A stretch of 64,000 nt of DNA, taken from contig JAURGZ010000004.1 in assembly GCA_030833525.1 (NCBI GenBank), forward strand, positions 8,019 through 72,018. Reading direction: 5' to 3'. Both the position numbers and the translations under genes were made by a program. This stretch comes from Bacteroidota bacterium. GTDB taxonomy: Bacteria > Bacteroidota > Bacteroidia > NS11-12g > UBA955. Below the pieces are notes generated by a model. That model worked only from the letters and a program-made list of their open reading frames with translations. It did not search any database and was not told the DNA's origin. Below are positions 9,618 to 19,039 of the stretch, one piece after another (the first letter of the stretch is position 1; every line of letters starts with the position of its first letter).

Positions 9618-10964
9618 ATGACCCATAGAATTCGAATTACCAACGCCAAACTGGTCAACGAAGGCCAAATCATTGAAACTGAATTGCTGATTGAAAAGGG
9701 ACGAATCTTGCAGATAAGCCCTTCGGTTTCCATCAATGGCCAGGTTGAAACCGTTGATTTGAATGGCGATTGGTTAATGCCCGGAGTCATCGATGATCAA
9801 GTTCATTTTCGGGAACCCGGCTTGACCCACAAAGCTCAAATTTTCACAGAAAGTCGAGCGGCGTTGCGAGGAGGGGTGACTTCGTACATGGAAATGCCGA
9901 ATGTGGTTCCCCAGACCGTCGATTTGCAGCGTCTGGAAGAGAAATATGCCATAGGAGCCCGCGATTCGGCGGTCAATTATTCCTTTTATCTCGGGGCCAC
10001 CAATGAAAATACCGAAGAGGTCAAGCGTGTCTCAACCGAAGATGTTTGCGGTGTAAAGGTGTTCATGGGTAGTTCTACGGGTGATATGTTGGTTGATAAA
10101 CCGGCTGCATTGGCGTCTATCTTTGCCAATAGCCCCACTTTAGTGGCGGTGCACTGCGAGTGCGAACAGCGGGTGAAAGAACGCACACAAGGGGCTTTGC
10201 AGCAGTTTGGTCTAGAGATGCCCGCCGCTCAACATCCCATCATTCGTGATGATCTTGCTTGTTATTTGTCTTCTAGTCAGGCCGTTGAATTGGCTAAGCA
10301 ACACGGTACACGCCTGCACATTCTGCACCTCACCTCGGCCTTGGAATTGGATCTGTTTCGCAACGACATTCCCCTTCGGGATAAGCGCATTACGGCCGAA
10401 GTTTGTGTGCACCACCTGCATTTTTCTGATGCTGACTATGGGCGTTTGGGTTTTTTGATCAAATGCAACCCGGCCATCAAGAAAGAATCAGATCGACTGG
10501 CCTTGTGGAAAGCATTGTTGGATGATCGACTGGATGTCATAGCCACCGATCATGCGCCGCATACCTGGGAAGAGAAAAATACGCTCGACTATACCAAAGC
10601 TCCCAGCGGGTTGCCCCTGGTTCAACACAGTTTGTTGTTGATGTTGGAACATGCCCATCAGGGTAACATTGCCCTAACACGGGTGGTTGAAAAAATGTCC
10701 CATGCGGTGGCAGACTGTTACCGAATGGTGGATCGGGGTTATGTTCGAGAAGGGTACTGGGCTGACTTGGTTCAGGTAAGCGCTCAACCCTCTCAAGTGG
10801 CCAAGGCAGATTTGGAATACAAATGTGCTTGGTCACCTTTGGAAAACCAGCGATTTTCCCACAGCATCGAGCGGGTATGGATCAACGGTGAATTAGGATA
10901 TCGTTCAGGAGCGATAAACGACTCTGTAAGAGGCCAGCGCTTGAAGTTTGAAGCCCAACGTTAA
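9618..10964 (+). CDS. pyrC: Dihydroorotase-like cyclic amidohydrolase
   Basis: 448 aa; metal-dependent amidohydrolase signatures (PGVIDDQVHFREPG, ...ATDHAPH...). Allantoinase/dihydropyrimidinase cannot be excluded from sequence alone. Confidence 0.7.
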   Translation: MTHRIRITNAKLVNEGQIIETELLIEKGRILQISPSVSINGQVETVDLNGDWLMPGVIDDQVHFREPGLTHKAQIFTESRAALRGGVTSYMEMPNVVPQTVDLQRLEEKYAIGARDSAVNYSFYLGATNENTEEVKRVSTEDVCGVKVFMGSSTGDMLVDKPAALASIFANSPTLVAVHCECEQRVKERTQGALQQFGLEMPAAQHPIIRDDLACYLSSSQAVELAKQHGTRLHILHLTSALELDLFRNDIPLRDKRITAEVCVHHLHFSDADYGRLGFLIKCNPAIKKESDRLALWKALLDDRLDVIATDHAPHTWEEKNTLDYTKAPSGLPLVQHSLLLMLEHAHQGNIALTRVVEKMSHAVADCYRMVDRGYVREGYWADLVQVSAQPSQVAKADLEYKCAWSPLENQRFSHSIERVWINGELGYRSGAINDSVRGQRLKFEAQR

Positions 10965-10965
10965 A

Positions 10966-11889
10966 TCAGCGAAATAACGCGTTTCGCTTGGCGTAAAACG
11001 CTTTGATGGGTATCTCCACGTGATCAGAAGCATCGACCCATTGGTAATCGATGCCCATTTCTAGGCAAAGTTGTTCCCACTGTGCAATTTCAGTTTGCAA
11101 CTGCTGTCGATAAGCCTGTTGGAAGGATAGAGGGTTGAGCTTGATTTGCATCCCGGACTCCAAATCCACGAATCGAGTAGGGCGCGCGGTGGGTAAATTC
11201 AATTCTACCTCCATTTGTCCATGCTGTATGTGAAAAAGCACAACTTCACAGTGTTGGTGCCTGAGTTGGCCTAAAGCTTGGATGAATTGCTCTCGTTCTT
11301 GAGGTTGACTGGGGTCAAATTCCAAGTCAGAGCTAATCACCACCAAGGAGCGTCTGCCGCTCTGCTGCACCAATTCAGCCCAATTCAGAGGCCTAAAATG
11401 CGAGGCTACCGCAGGAGTCGGGGTCCATGAGTTCCAATATGTTTCAAGCAAGCCCATGAGCTTATGCCTGTGTTGGGCACTGGATCGAACATCGCTGATG
11501 GACATGTCTGATTGCCTCCACTCCACCAATCCAACCCCATCTCGGCCTTTTTGCAGGGCATGGGTAAGGCAGGCGTTGAGGAAAACAGAAAACCGAACCT
11601 TGGCCGCCTCTTTCTCAGGAAAATACATGCTGGGTGAAACATCCATCCAGAGCAAAGCTTTGAGGTTGGTTTCAGCATTGTAAACCTTGATGTACGGCTT
11701 TTCGGTTCGGGCCAAAAGCTTCCAGTCCAAATGCCGTATGCTTTCACCGGGAGAATAAGACTTGTGTTGGGCAAACTCAACCGAATATCCATGAAACGGG
11801 CTGTGGTAACGGCCAACAGAAGGACCCGACATGGCTTCTTTGACAAGCAATTCCAAGTCTTCGTAACCCGATACGTCTTCCAGTTTCAC
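10966..11889 (-). CDS. DUF58 domain-containing protein (MoxR-associated family)
   Basis: VGRYHSPFHGYSVEFAQHKSYSPGESIRHLDWKLLARTEKPYIKVY motif characteristic of DUF58; no MoxR ATPase gene adjacent in the window. Confidence 0.75.
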   Translation of the reverse strand: MKLEDVSGYEDLELLVKEAMSGPSVGRYHSPFHGYSVEFAQHKSYSPGESIRHLDWKLLARTEKPYIKVYNAETNLKALLWMDVSPSMYFPEKEAAKVRFSVFLNACLTHALQKGRDGVGLVEWRQSDMSISDVRSSAQHRHKLMGLLETYWNSWTPTPAVASHFRPLNWAELVQQSGRRSLVVISSDLEFDPSQPQEREQFIQALGQLRHQHCEVVLFHIQHGQMEVELNLPTARPTRFVDLESGMQIKLNPLSFQQAYRQQLQTEIAQWEQLCLEMGIDYQWVDASDHVEIPIKAFYAKRNALFR

Positions 11890-11902
11890 AGGGGCAAATT
11901 CA

Positions 11903-11937
11903 TAAAAAAAGCCGGAACAATGCCCGGCTTTTTGCGA
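11903..11937 (-). terminator. Rho-independent terminator downstream of trxA (symmetric stem-loop flanked by A and T tracts)
   Basis: The minus strand reads AAAAAAATCGCAAAAAGCCGGGCATTGTTCCGGCTTTTTTT. The GCCGG/CCGGC stem is flanked by an A tract upstream and a T tract downstream, and it sits directly 3' of the trxA stop. Confidence 0.5.
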
Positions 11938-11949
11938 TTTTTTTCAGTA

Positions 11950-12270
11950 TTAACCCAATTGGGCTTCGATCTTGCTGGTGATGGCGGGCTTGGGAACAGC
12001 GCCTACGATTTTATCGACCACTTCACCACCTTTGAAAATCAACAAGGTAGGGATGGAGCGAACACCGTAATTACCGGCAATCTCAGGGTTTTCGTCTACG
12101 TTGAGCTTTCCAATTACGGCTTTGCCCTCGTATTCATTTGCTATTTCTTCAACAACAGGACCGATCATGCGGCAAGGACCGCACCATTCTGCCCAAAAAT
12201 CAACCAAAACGGGCTTGTCTGAATTCAGAACGGTCTCCGTAAAATTGCTGCTTGTGAAAGTATGTGCCAT
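11950..12270 (-). CDS. trxA: Thioredoxin
   Basis: 106 aa, WCGPC active site, full-length match to canonical thioredoxin architecture. Confidence 0.92.
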   Translation of the reverse strand: MAHTFTSSNFTETVLNSDKPVLVDFWAEWCGPCRMIGPVVEEIANEYEGKAVIGKLNVDENPEIAGNYGVRSIPTLLIFKGGEVVDKIVGAVPKPAITSKIEAQLG

Positions 12271-12302
12271 AGTGGTTCAAAGGTACAACAAACCGCCATA
12301 AT

Positions 12303-13076
12303 CTACTGTGACTTTGGTCTCATTTTCGCTTCAATACCCAATCCAAAAAGTGCATAATCATATCGCACAGGATCCTGAGGGTTGAGCTTTTTTAATTGGA
12401 GGGTCAGCTCCTCACAGGCTTTCCAATCACTCTGCTTTCGATTCAATAAGCCCAGTTGTTGGGCGCTTCGTTGCACATGCACATCCAAGGGTATGTGCAA
12501 GTGGGCCATCGAAATGTTGCGCCACAGCCCAAAATCCACTCCTGCATCGTCTCGGCGAACCATCCATCGTAAAAACATGTTCAACCGCTTGCAGGCGCTG
12601 CCCGACTGGGGGTTGGCTATGTGTTTTTGGGTACGAAAGCTGGGCTGAATTTGGGATTGATAGACCCGTTGGTGAAACGCAGTTAAACTGGACTTTGCCT
12701 CGAATTGACCCTCCACGAGAAAGGCCGTTTCCAGGCTCTTGTGCCGTTGGTAATGAAATCGTAAAAAGCCTATTAAATGATTGAGATCAGTACTGTTGAA
12801 GGTTCTGTGGACGAAATTCAACTCCCTGTCATTTGCATTCATGACAAACGAATACGGCTCCCTGTCAAACAACTGCATCAATCGATCGGCGCTTCGAATG
12901 ATGCTCACACGCGAGCCCCAGGCCAGCAAAGCCGCAAACAATCCTGCAATCTCAATGTCTTGTTGCAATCGAAACTGATGCGGTATTTGAATGGGGTCAT
13001 CGGCGATGAATTCCCAGCGGTTGTGTCGTAAAACACCACCCTCCAAGATGTCGTAGAGCTCCTGCTGGGTCATCAA
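12303..13076 (-). CDS. TIGR02757 family conserved hypothetical protein (DUF2400)
   Basis: 257 aa; recognisable family signature (AALLAWGSR...), typical Bacteroidota conserved hypothetical. Confidence 0.6.
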   Translation of the reverse strand: MMTQQELYDILEGGVLRHNRWEFIADDPIQIPHQFRLQQDIEIAGLFAALLAWGSRVSIIRSADRLMQLFDREPYSFVMNANDRELNFVHRTFNSTDLNHLIGFLRFHYQRHKSLETAFLVEGQFEAKSSLTAFHQRVYQSQIQPSFRTQKHIANPQSGSACKRLNMFLRWMVRRDDAGVDFGLWRNISMAHLHIPLDVHVQRSAQQLGLLNRKQSDWKACEELTLQLKKLNPQDPVRYDYALFGLGIEAKMRPKSQ

Positions 13077-14227
13077 GCCTTATCCAAGGCTTGAGCCAGA
13101 TCCTGTATCAAATCGTCGATGTGTTCAATGCCCACACTGAGGCGAATCAAGCTGTCTTTGAGTCCATTGGCCATGCGCTGTTCACGGGGAATGCTCGCGT
13201 GGGTCATGGTAGCGGGATGCCCAATCAAACTCTCTACGCCGCCCAAGCTCTCAGCCAAGGCAAAATAGTGTGTGCTTTTTAGAACGGTTACCGCTTTGTT
13301 CAAGTCGTCATCTTTCAAAGTGAAGCTGATCATGCCGCCGAAGTCATGCATCTGTTTCTTCGCCACCTCGTGATTGGGGTGAGAGGGGAATCCAGGCCAA
13401 TGCACTTCACCCACCTTGGGATGCTGCGCCAAAAATTCAGCTACGGCTTTGCCGTTTTCACAGTGGCGCTGCATGCGTATATGCAAGGTTTTGATGCCTC
13501 TCAATACCAAGAAACAATCTTGTGGACCCGGTGTAGCTCCACAGGTGTTTTGCAAAAAGGCCAGACGCTCATGCAATTCAGGTGAATCGGTAATCAATAC
13601 GCCCATCACCACATCGCTGTGCCCATTGATGTACTTCGTGGCCGAATGCATGATCAAATCAGCACCCCAGTCCAGGGGGTTCTGCAAGTAGGGAGAACAA
13701 AAGGTATTGTCGACCACTACAATGGCATTCTGCTCATGGCCAAGGGCTGAGATCGTCTCAATGTCAATGATGCGCAACAAGGGGTTGGTCGGAGTCTCTA
13801 TCCATACCATTTTGGTGTTGGCATTCATCTTGGACTTTACCTCATCGGGATTGGACATGTTTACAAAGTGAAACCGAATGCCAAGGGGCTCGAACACCTT
13901 GGTAAAAATGCGGTAGGTCCCACCGTATAAATCGTTGGTAGCGATTACCTCATCACCCGGTTTGAGCAATTTGATGCAAGCGTCAACCGCACCCATGCCG
14001 GTCGAAAAGCATAGACCGAATCGGGCCTTTTCCAAAGCAGCCAAGTTGTTTTGCAAGGCATGGCGGGTGGGGTTTTGCGTTCTGGCATACTCATAGCCTT
14101 TGTGATCGCCAGGACCGGCCTGCACATAAGTGCTGGTTTGGTAAATGGGCGTCATAATGGCCCCGGTGCTGGGGTCAGGCTCGATTCCTGCATGCAGGAC
14201 CTTGGTTTCAATGTGTTTCGATGACAT
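13073..14227 (-). CDS. PLP-dependent Cys/Met metabolism enzyme (cystathionine gamma-synthase / beta-lyase / methionine gamma-lyase family)
   Basis: TKVLHAGIEPDPSTGAIMTPIYQTSTY... N-terminus and the PLP-lysine region of this family. The exact reaction cannot be assigned from sequence. Confidence 0.85.
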   Translation of the reverse strand: MSSKHIETKVLHAGIEPDPSTGAIMTPIYQTSTYVQAGPGDHKGYEYARTQNPTRHALQNNLAALEKARFGLCFSTGMGAVDACIKLLKPGDEVIATNDLYGGTYRIFTKVFEPLGIRFHFVNMSNPDEVKSKMNANTKMVWIETPTNPLLRIIDIETISALGHEQNAIVVVDNTFCSPYLQNPLDWGADLIMHSATKYINGHSDVVMGVLITDSPELHERLAFLQNTCGATPGPQDCFLVLRGIKTLHIRMQRHCENGKAVAEFLAQHPKVGEVHWPGFPSHPNHEVAKKQMHDFGGMISFTLKDDDLNKAVTVLKSTHYFALAESLGGVESLIGHPATMTHASIPREQRMANGLKDSLIRLSVGIEHIDDLIQDLAQALDKA

Positions 14228-14231
14228 GGTC

Positions 14232-14801
14232 TTATTCAGATATGGTTTGCAGAACCGAGCTCAATATTTTGGGAAAATGCTCGTGTTCCAATTCGTGAAT
14301 TTTGTTAGCTAAGCTCAATGCAGTCTCATCAGGGTCTATGGCGCATGAAAACTGTGCAATGACTGCTCCTTCGTCATAAGCTTCATTGACCCAGTGAAAC
14401 GTAATCCCACTTTGGCTTTCTTTAGCGCTCAGTACCGCCTGGTGAACGTGATGACCAAACATGCCTTTGCCTCCAAATTTGGGGAGCAGAGCAGGGTGCA
14501 AGTTGATCGTCTTGAATTCGGTTAATATGTGCGCAGGGATGCGGCGAAGGAACCCAGCCAAAACTAGCAGTTGAGGTTGGTCTTGATGCAAATATTGCAA
14601 CACTTTGCCTTCAGGGTTTAAGTCGCCATTTTCAAACAGGCGAACGGGAACTCCCCATTTTTGACAGCGGTCAATGACGCCTGCTTGGGCATTGTTGCAA
14701 TATACTGCACTTACATGGACCTGATCAGGGTGCAGGGTGGCGATGATGTTTTCAGCATTGCTGCCACTGCCTGAGGCGAAAATGACGATGGATTTGGGCA
14801 T
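14232..14801 (-). CDS. purN: Phosphoribosylglycinamide formyltransferase
   Basis: IVIFASGSGSNAENII..., NLHPALLPKFGG, formyl transferase catalytic motifs; 189 aa. Confidence 0.88.
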   Translation of the reverse strand: MPKSIVIFASGSGSNAENIIATLHPDQVHVSAVYCNNAQAGVIDRCQKWGVPVRLFENGDLNPEGKVLQYLHQDQPQLLVLAGFLRRIPAHILTEFKTINLHPALLPKFGGKGMFGHHVHQAVLSAKESQSGITFHWVNEAYDEGAVIAQFSCAIDPDETALSLANKIHELEHEHFPKILSSVLQTISE

Positions 14802-15998
14802 TTAGGGTCGAATTATCAATCGCTGTCCCACGCGAATCACATCGTTGTGCAAGTGGTTCCATTGCTTAATTTGAGCGACACTTACACCGTATTTGCGCGA
14901 TATGGAGCTCAGGGTCTGCCCAGAGCTCACCGTATGGTATTTGGCAATGGGCTTGGGAGTTTGAACGTTTTGAACCGTTTGAACGTCTGTGCTTGGAACC
15001 CATTGCGCATAGGCACAGGTGCTGTCCCAGCTTTCACACAGGTGCATGCTCAATTGATAGGGCATAATTAAACTCGAAGTATTGGCCTGTGGAGTATGAG
15101 CACCCAAAAGGTGGCGATTCAGAGCCAATAATTCTTCTGATTCGGCGCCGAGATATCCGGCTACTTTGGGAAGATACAAGGCCTGCTCAGTGGCAGTGCT
15201 AACCAGCACCTCACTGCGTTGGCTCAATGCGTGGTTCGAACGCTCGGTGAAATTCAATACGTAGGCTACGGCGATGAACTTGGGCACATAGCTTTGGGTT
15301 TCTTTGGGTAAATAGGGAGAAATTTCCCAGAAATTCGTTTTGCCACCGCTATAGCGAATCGCTTTCTTGACATTGCCAGCGCCGCAATTGTAGGAGGCAA
15401 TGCTCATGAGCCAATCGTTGAACAAGCTTTGAGACTGCTCGAAATAAGTACAAGCTGTTTCGGTGGCTTCAATGATGCTTTTTCGGTGATCAATTTGCCC
15501 ATCAATCTGCATGCCCATGCTTTTGCCGGTGTAGGGCATGAATTGCCACAGGCCAGTTGCGCCGCACCAAGAAACCGCATTGGGGTTCAAATTGCTCTCA
15601 ATGATGCTGACGTATTTCAAATCGGTGGGCAAACCGTGTCGATCGAGAATGGTTTCGAAAATGGGAAAGTACAAAGCCATTCTTTGGTGAATGTTTTCCC
15701 AGTACTCATCTCCCAAGCGGCTGTAAAAATCAATGTATTTCTGAACGCTTTGCTGATACTCGTACGGAATGCTACTGGACAACCATTCCATGCGCTGTGC
15801 GAAGGGAATCTCAGCTTGATCGCTGATATCACGGCTAGCAAAATGCGGTGAATGCGAGGGGATTTCTTCGAGCAATTGCAGAGTGAGGCTGTCGATTCGA
15901 GTGAGGCTGTTTACCGTGTATGAAGGTGGAAGAGGAGCTTGCCCCCAAGCGGGAAATGCAAGCAAGCCCATGACCAAACCCAATGCCCTCAATTTCAT
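14802..15998 (-). CDS. Lytic murein transglycosylase (MltD-like) with C-terminal LysM domain
   Basis: Signal peptide; SLT catalytic motif (ESNLNPNAVSWCGATGLWQFMPYTG); C-terminal LysM (YHTVSSGQTLSSISRKYGVSVAQIKQWN). Confidence 0.8.
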   Translation of the reverse strand: MKLRALGLVMGLLAFPAWGQAPLPPSYTVNSLTRIDSLTLQLLEEIPSHSPHFASRDISDQAEIPFAQRMEWLSSSIPYEYQQSVQKYIDFYSRLGDEYWENIHQRMALYFPIFETILDRHGLPTDLKYVSIIESNLNPNAVSWCGATGLWQFMPYTGKSMGMQIDGQIDHRKSIIEATETACTYFEQSQSLFNDWLMSIASYNCGAGNVKKAIRYSGGKTNFWEISPYLPKETQSYVPKFIAVAYVLNFTERSNHALSQRSEVLVSTATEQALYLPKVAGYLGAESEELLALNRHLLGAHTPQANTSSLIMPYQLSMHLCESWDSTCAYAQWVPSTDVQTVQNVQTPKPIAKYHTVSSGQTLSSISRKYGVSVAQIKQWNHLHNDVIRVGQRLIIRP

Positions 15999-16080
15999 CA
16001 GTCTCTTTTCTTAGCAAAAACAATGCCTTTTTGCTCTGTTCTTCAAAGATTTAACCATGAGGGGCTAAAGTCCAAAATCT

Positions 16081-16088
16081 TATATTTG
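16081..16088 (+). promoter_or_regulatory. Candidate Bacteroidota-type -7 promoter element (TATATTTG matching TAnnTTTG) upstream of ald
   Basis: Exact TAnnTTTG match in the 233-nt intergenic region between the transglycosylase and ald; no convincing -33 TTG at canonical spacing, so weak. Confidence 0.2.
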
Positions 16089-16231
16089 TATTTCACCACA
16101 GTCAATGTGCATTACTTAGGTAACAAACTGTCTGTAAGTGAAATGAAAAGAACTTTTGTACCATGAATTCTCCTTTGATGCCCTCCCAAGCAGCCTTGCA
16201 ACCCCAAGAAAAACGGAGCCCCGTTCAAGAA

Positions 16232-17371
16232 ATGACTGCCGGCATGAGTTTGGGATTGCCCAAAGAAACCACTTTGCAAGAGAAGCGCATCGCCTTGGCC
16301 CCCTCGGCTGTGCGTTTTTTTACCGACAACGGCATACGGGTCATCATGGAAGCAGGAGCTGGCGATCACGCTCGTTTTTCAGATCGTCAATTTTCTGAAG
16401 CAGGTGCCGAAATCACTTCTGACAAGAAGTCGGTTTTTACCTGTGACACCTTGCTGAAAGTTGATTTTCCTACTCAGGCTGAAATTGATCTCATGAACAG
16501 TGGGCAATTGCTGATTTCGGCTTTGCAATGGAATCAACTCGATGGGGCTTTGATCAAATCGCTGCAAGACAAGAAGGTAAATGCCATGGCTTACGAATTC
16601 CTGGAAGATGAATCGGGGGCCAAACCCATCATTCGCGCCATGAGTGAAATGGCGGGGCGGGCTTCGGTTATGATTGCCAGCGAAATGCTCAACTCTCAAA
16701 ACGGGGGCAAAGGGGAATTGCTCGGCGGATTACCCGGTATCCCACCTACCCAAGTGGTGGTTTTGGGGGCTGGTGCCGTAGGAGAGTACGCAACCAAAAC
16801 AGCCCTGGGATTGGGTGCCAACGTTTACCTATTTGACAACAATCCCTATCGCCTGCGCCGCATTCACAGTGCGGTAGGGCAATCGATTTTTTCCAGTACG
16901 CTGCATCCGCAAGCGCTGAAAAAGGCCATACAGTCTGCCGATGTGGTCATTGGAGCCCTGGCAGGGAAAGATTCGCGTTCACCCATGGTCGTCAGCGAGG
17001 AGATGGTCATGTCCATGAAAGAAGGAAGTGTCATTGTCGATGTGGCCATTGACAAAGGCGGCAACTTCGAAACCAGCGAATCGCGCAATCACAACAACCC
17101 GGTTTATGAAAAACACGGGGTCCTGCATTATTGCGTTCCCAATATGGGCAGTCGTTACAGCCGCACGGCATCGTATTCCTTGAGCAATGTGCTGGCACCC
17201 ATGCTCGATGACATGCACAAAGAAGGGGGATTCAGCCACTTGTTGAGATCCAGGGCGAGCGTTCGAAAAGGCACCTATTTGTACCGTGGCAACGTGACCC
17301 ACAAGCAATTGGCTGACCGTTTTGGGTTTCGCTATTCTGATTTAGACCTGCTGGTCGGTTTATACATGTAA
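16232..17371 (+). CDS. ald: Alanine dehydrogenase
   Basis: ORF 16163..17371; likely start at 16232 or 16244 (MSLGLPKETTLQEKRIALAP); Rossmann GAGAVG, AlaDH/PNT N- and C-domains (PIIRAMSEMAGR). Confidence 0.8.
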   Translation: MTAGMSLGLPKETTLQEKRIALAPSAVRFFTDNGIRVIMEAGAGDHARFSDRQFSEAGAEITSDKKSVFTCDTLLKVDFPTQAEIDLMNSGQLLISALQWNQLDGALIKSLQDKKVNAMAYEFLEDESGAKPIIRAMSEMAGRASVMIASEMLNSQNGGKGELLGGLPGIPPTQVVVLGAGAVGEYATKTALGLGANVYLFDNNPYRLRRIHSAVGQSIFSSTLHPQALKKAIQSADVVIGALAGKDSRSPMVVSEEMVMSMKEGSVIVDVAIDKGGNFETSESRNHNNPVYEKHGVLHYCVPNMGSRYSRTASYSLSNVLAPMLDDMHKEGGFSHLLRSRASVRKGTYLYRGNVTHKQLADRFGFRYSDLDLLVGLYM

Positions 17372-18451
17372 GTTCTTCAGGTGATGCTGGGTAAGGGCTA
17401 GCCCCATAGATTCCGTATGGCTCCTGATGCGCTCGTAATGCGTGTCGGTGATGAAGATTTGGGGGATTCGACCGTTGCTGACCCAAGCAATCAGCGCATC
17501 GGCCCTTTGCTTGTCAATTTTCTCGAAAATATCGTCTAAGAGCAACAGCGGAGTCTGCTGCGTGTGCTTCTGGAAATAGGCGAATTGGGCCAGTTTGATG
17601 GCGATGACAGCGCTCTTGATTTGACCCTGAGATCCCAATCGCTTCAAAGAATGTCCATTGAGTTCCATGATCCAATCGTCTTTGTGAATCCCCACCGTGC
17701 TGCGCGATGCACGCAAATCGTCAGCGTGAGCCATTCGCAAAAAATCCAAGTAGGAGCCCGTTCCGTTCCATTGGGTTTGGTATTGCCAGCTGAGGTGTTC
17801 GCTCTGCTCAAATAAATGGCCCCAAACTTCTTGAAGCAGGGGTAGGAACTCCTGAGAAAATTCCCTTCTCAATTGAGCCAAAATCGATCCAGGCCCTGCT
17901 AACTTCTCATCGTAGGCCTCCAGCAATAGCGGATCCAAGCGACGACCTTCGTTGGCCTTGAGCAAGGCATTGCGTGTATCCAAGGCTTTTTTGTACTGAC
18001 TCAGGGCTGTCAAATAAGCCGCTGATGTCTGACAAAGCGTGTAATCGACAAACCGACGGCGCTCTTCGCTGCCCTCATTCACCAAGGCGATGTCATAGGG
18101 AGTGATGAAAACGGTTTGCAAGAATCCAATGTGATCGACAAGGCGTTTGTATGCCTTTCCATTTCGCTTAATTGTTTTTTTGCGATTTGGGTCGAATTGA
18201 ATCAGAATGTCGATTTCGTTGTCCAGCCAGCCGTGAATGCTGAAAAATTCTGACCCGTGTTTCACCAATTGGCTGTCAATGGAATTGAAAAAACTCTTGC
18301 CATTGGACAAAAAGAAGAGAGCGTCTAACACATTGGTTTTACCGCTTCCATTGTCACCGGTGATCGCATTGATTCCCGGTTGGAATTCCAGGCGCAAATC
18401 TTCGTGGTTTTTGAATCCAAAAAGTTGCAGGGTTCGCAAGAGCATGGGCAA
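17360..18451 (-). CDS. recF: DNA replication and repair protein RecF
   Basis: Walker A (GDNGSGKTNVLDA), SMC-like signature and Walker B (LLLLDD). The 3' end overlaps the ald 3' end by 12 nt in convergent orientation. Confidence 0.88.
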   Translation of the reverse strand: MPMLLRTLQLFGFKNHEDLRLEFQPGINAITGDNGSGKTNVLDALFFLSNGKSFFNSIDSQLVKHGSEFFSIHGWLDNEIDILIQFDPNRKKTIKRNGKAYKRLVDHIGFLQTVFITPYDIALVNEGSEERRRFVDYTLCQTSAAYLTALSQYKKALDTRNALLKANEGRRLDPLLLEAYDEKLAGPGSILAQLRREFSQEFLPLLQEVWGHLFEQSEHLSWQYQTQWNGTGSYLDFLRMAHADDLRASRSTVGIHKDDWIMELNGHSLKRLGSQGQIKSAVIAIKLAQFAYFQKHTQQTPLLLLDDIFEKIDKQRADALIAWVSNGRIPQIFITDTHYERIRSHTESMGLALTQHHLKNLHV

Positions 18452-18531
18452 AAATAAAGCCTTGGGATAACTCGTGCATGACTTGTGGACAGGAAACTTG
18501 ATGCCCTGCTCTCAGTGGGCTAAACTTGTAG

Positions 18532-19038
18532 GTGATGCGCAGCCATTCATTCCCCCTCTTTGCCGCCTTATTGGCCGTGGTTTCCTGCCATTCAGGACCC
18601 CAAAGACCCGATCCCGAACCCTATGAATTCGATTGGGTGGGTTTCGATAGCCTAGCACAGCTCCAAGGGGCCATTGTAGACACTGAATACCGCCCCGATA
18701 GCAGTTTGTTTGGCAAACGCTATTACCTGGCCGACACGGCTAAAGTCATTCTTGAATTCAACCGGCAAGAGGAGCTTCAATCGATGCATTGGTTTAATGG
18801 GAAAGGTCAGGAACTTTGGCAGGAAAATTACTATCCCAGTGGGCAGCGCATGTCGCGTTTTTTAAAAGCCACCAATGCCGAAAATGGAACTTCCTATTTT
18901 CAGGGTTTGTACACATCGTACTACCTTGATGGCTCGGTGAAAGAGCGCGGCGAGTATCAGAACAATCAGTTGCTTTGGAATGTCCATTGGGAAACCGATG
19001 GCCGCCAAGGCGATACCCTCGTGTACGAATACCGCTAA
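18532..19038 (+). CDS. Hypothetical lipoprotein (YwqK/MORN-like repeats)
   Basis: Lipoprotein-type signal peptide (LLAVVSCHSG); repeated YY/W-rich turns; ends 1 nt before dnaE start. Confidence 0.5.
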   Translation: MMRSHSFPLFAALLAVVSCHSGPQRPDPEPYEFDWVGFDSLAQLQGAIVDTEYRPDSSLFGKRYYLADTAKVILEFNRQEELQSMHWFNGKGQELWQENYYPSGQRMSRFLKATNAENGTSYFQGLYTSYYLDGSVKERGEYQNNQLLWNVHWETDGRQGDTLVYEYR

Positions 19039-19039
19039 A

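Noticed and set aside
10968-10988. 7-bp hairpin AGCGAAA-TAACGCG-TTTCGCT between the convergent pyrC-like and DUF58 genes
   Set aside because: It lies inside the last codons of the DUF58 ORF and lacks flanking T-tracts, so it is weak as a terminator.
16013-16035. 8-bp mostly A-T hairpin AGCAAAAA-CAATGCC-TTTTTGCT in the transglycosylase/ald intergenic region
   Set aside because: It has a low-stability stem, is not positioned 3' of any gene, and has no conserved RNA motif I can recognise.
17360-17371. Convergent 3' overlaps, including ald/recF (12 nt here), GT4/MarC at 41166-41182, DUF2520/receptor at 51190-51202 and DUF721/YihY at 56180-56183
   Set aside because: These are real but are a general property of this compact genome and not individually meaningful.
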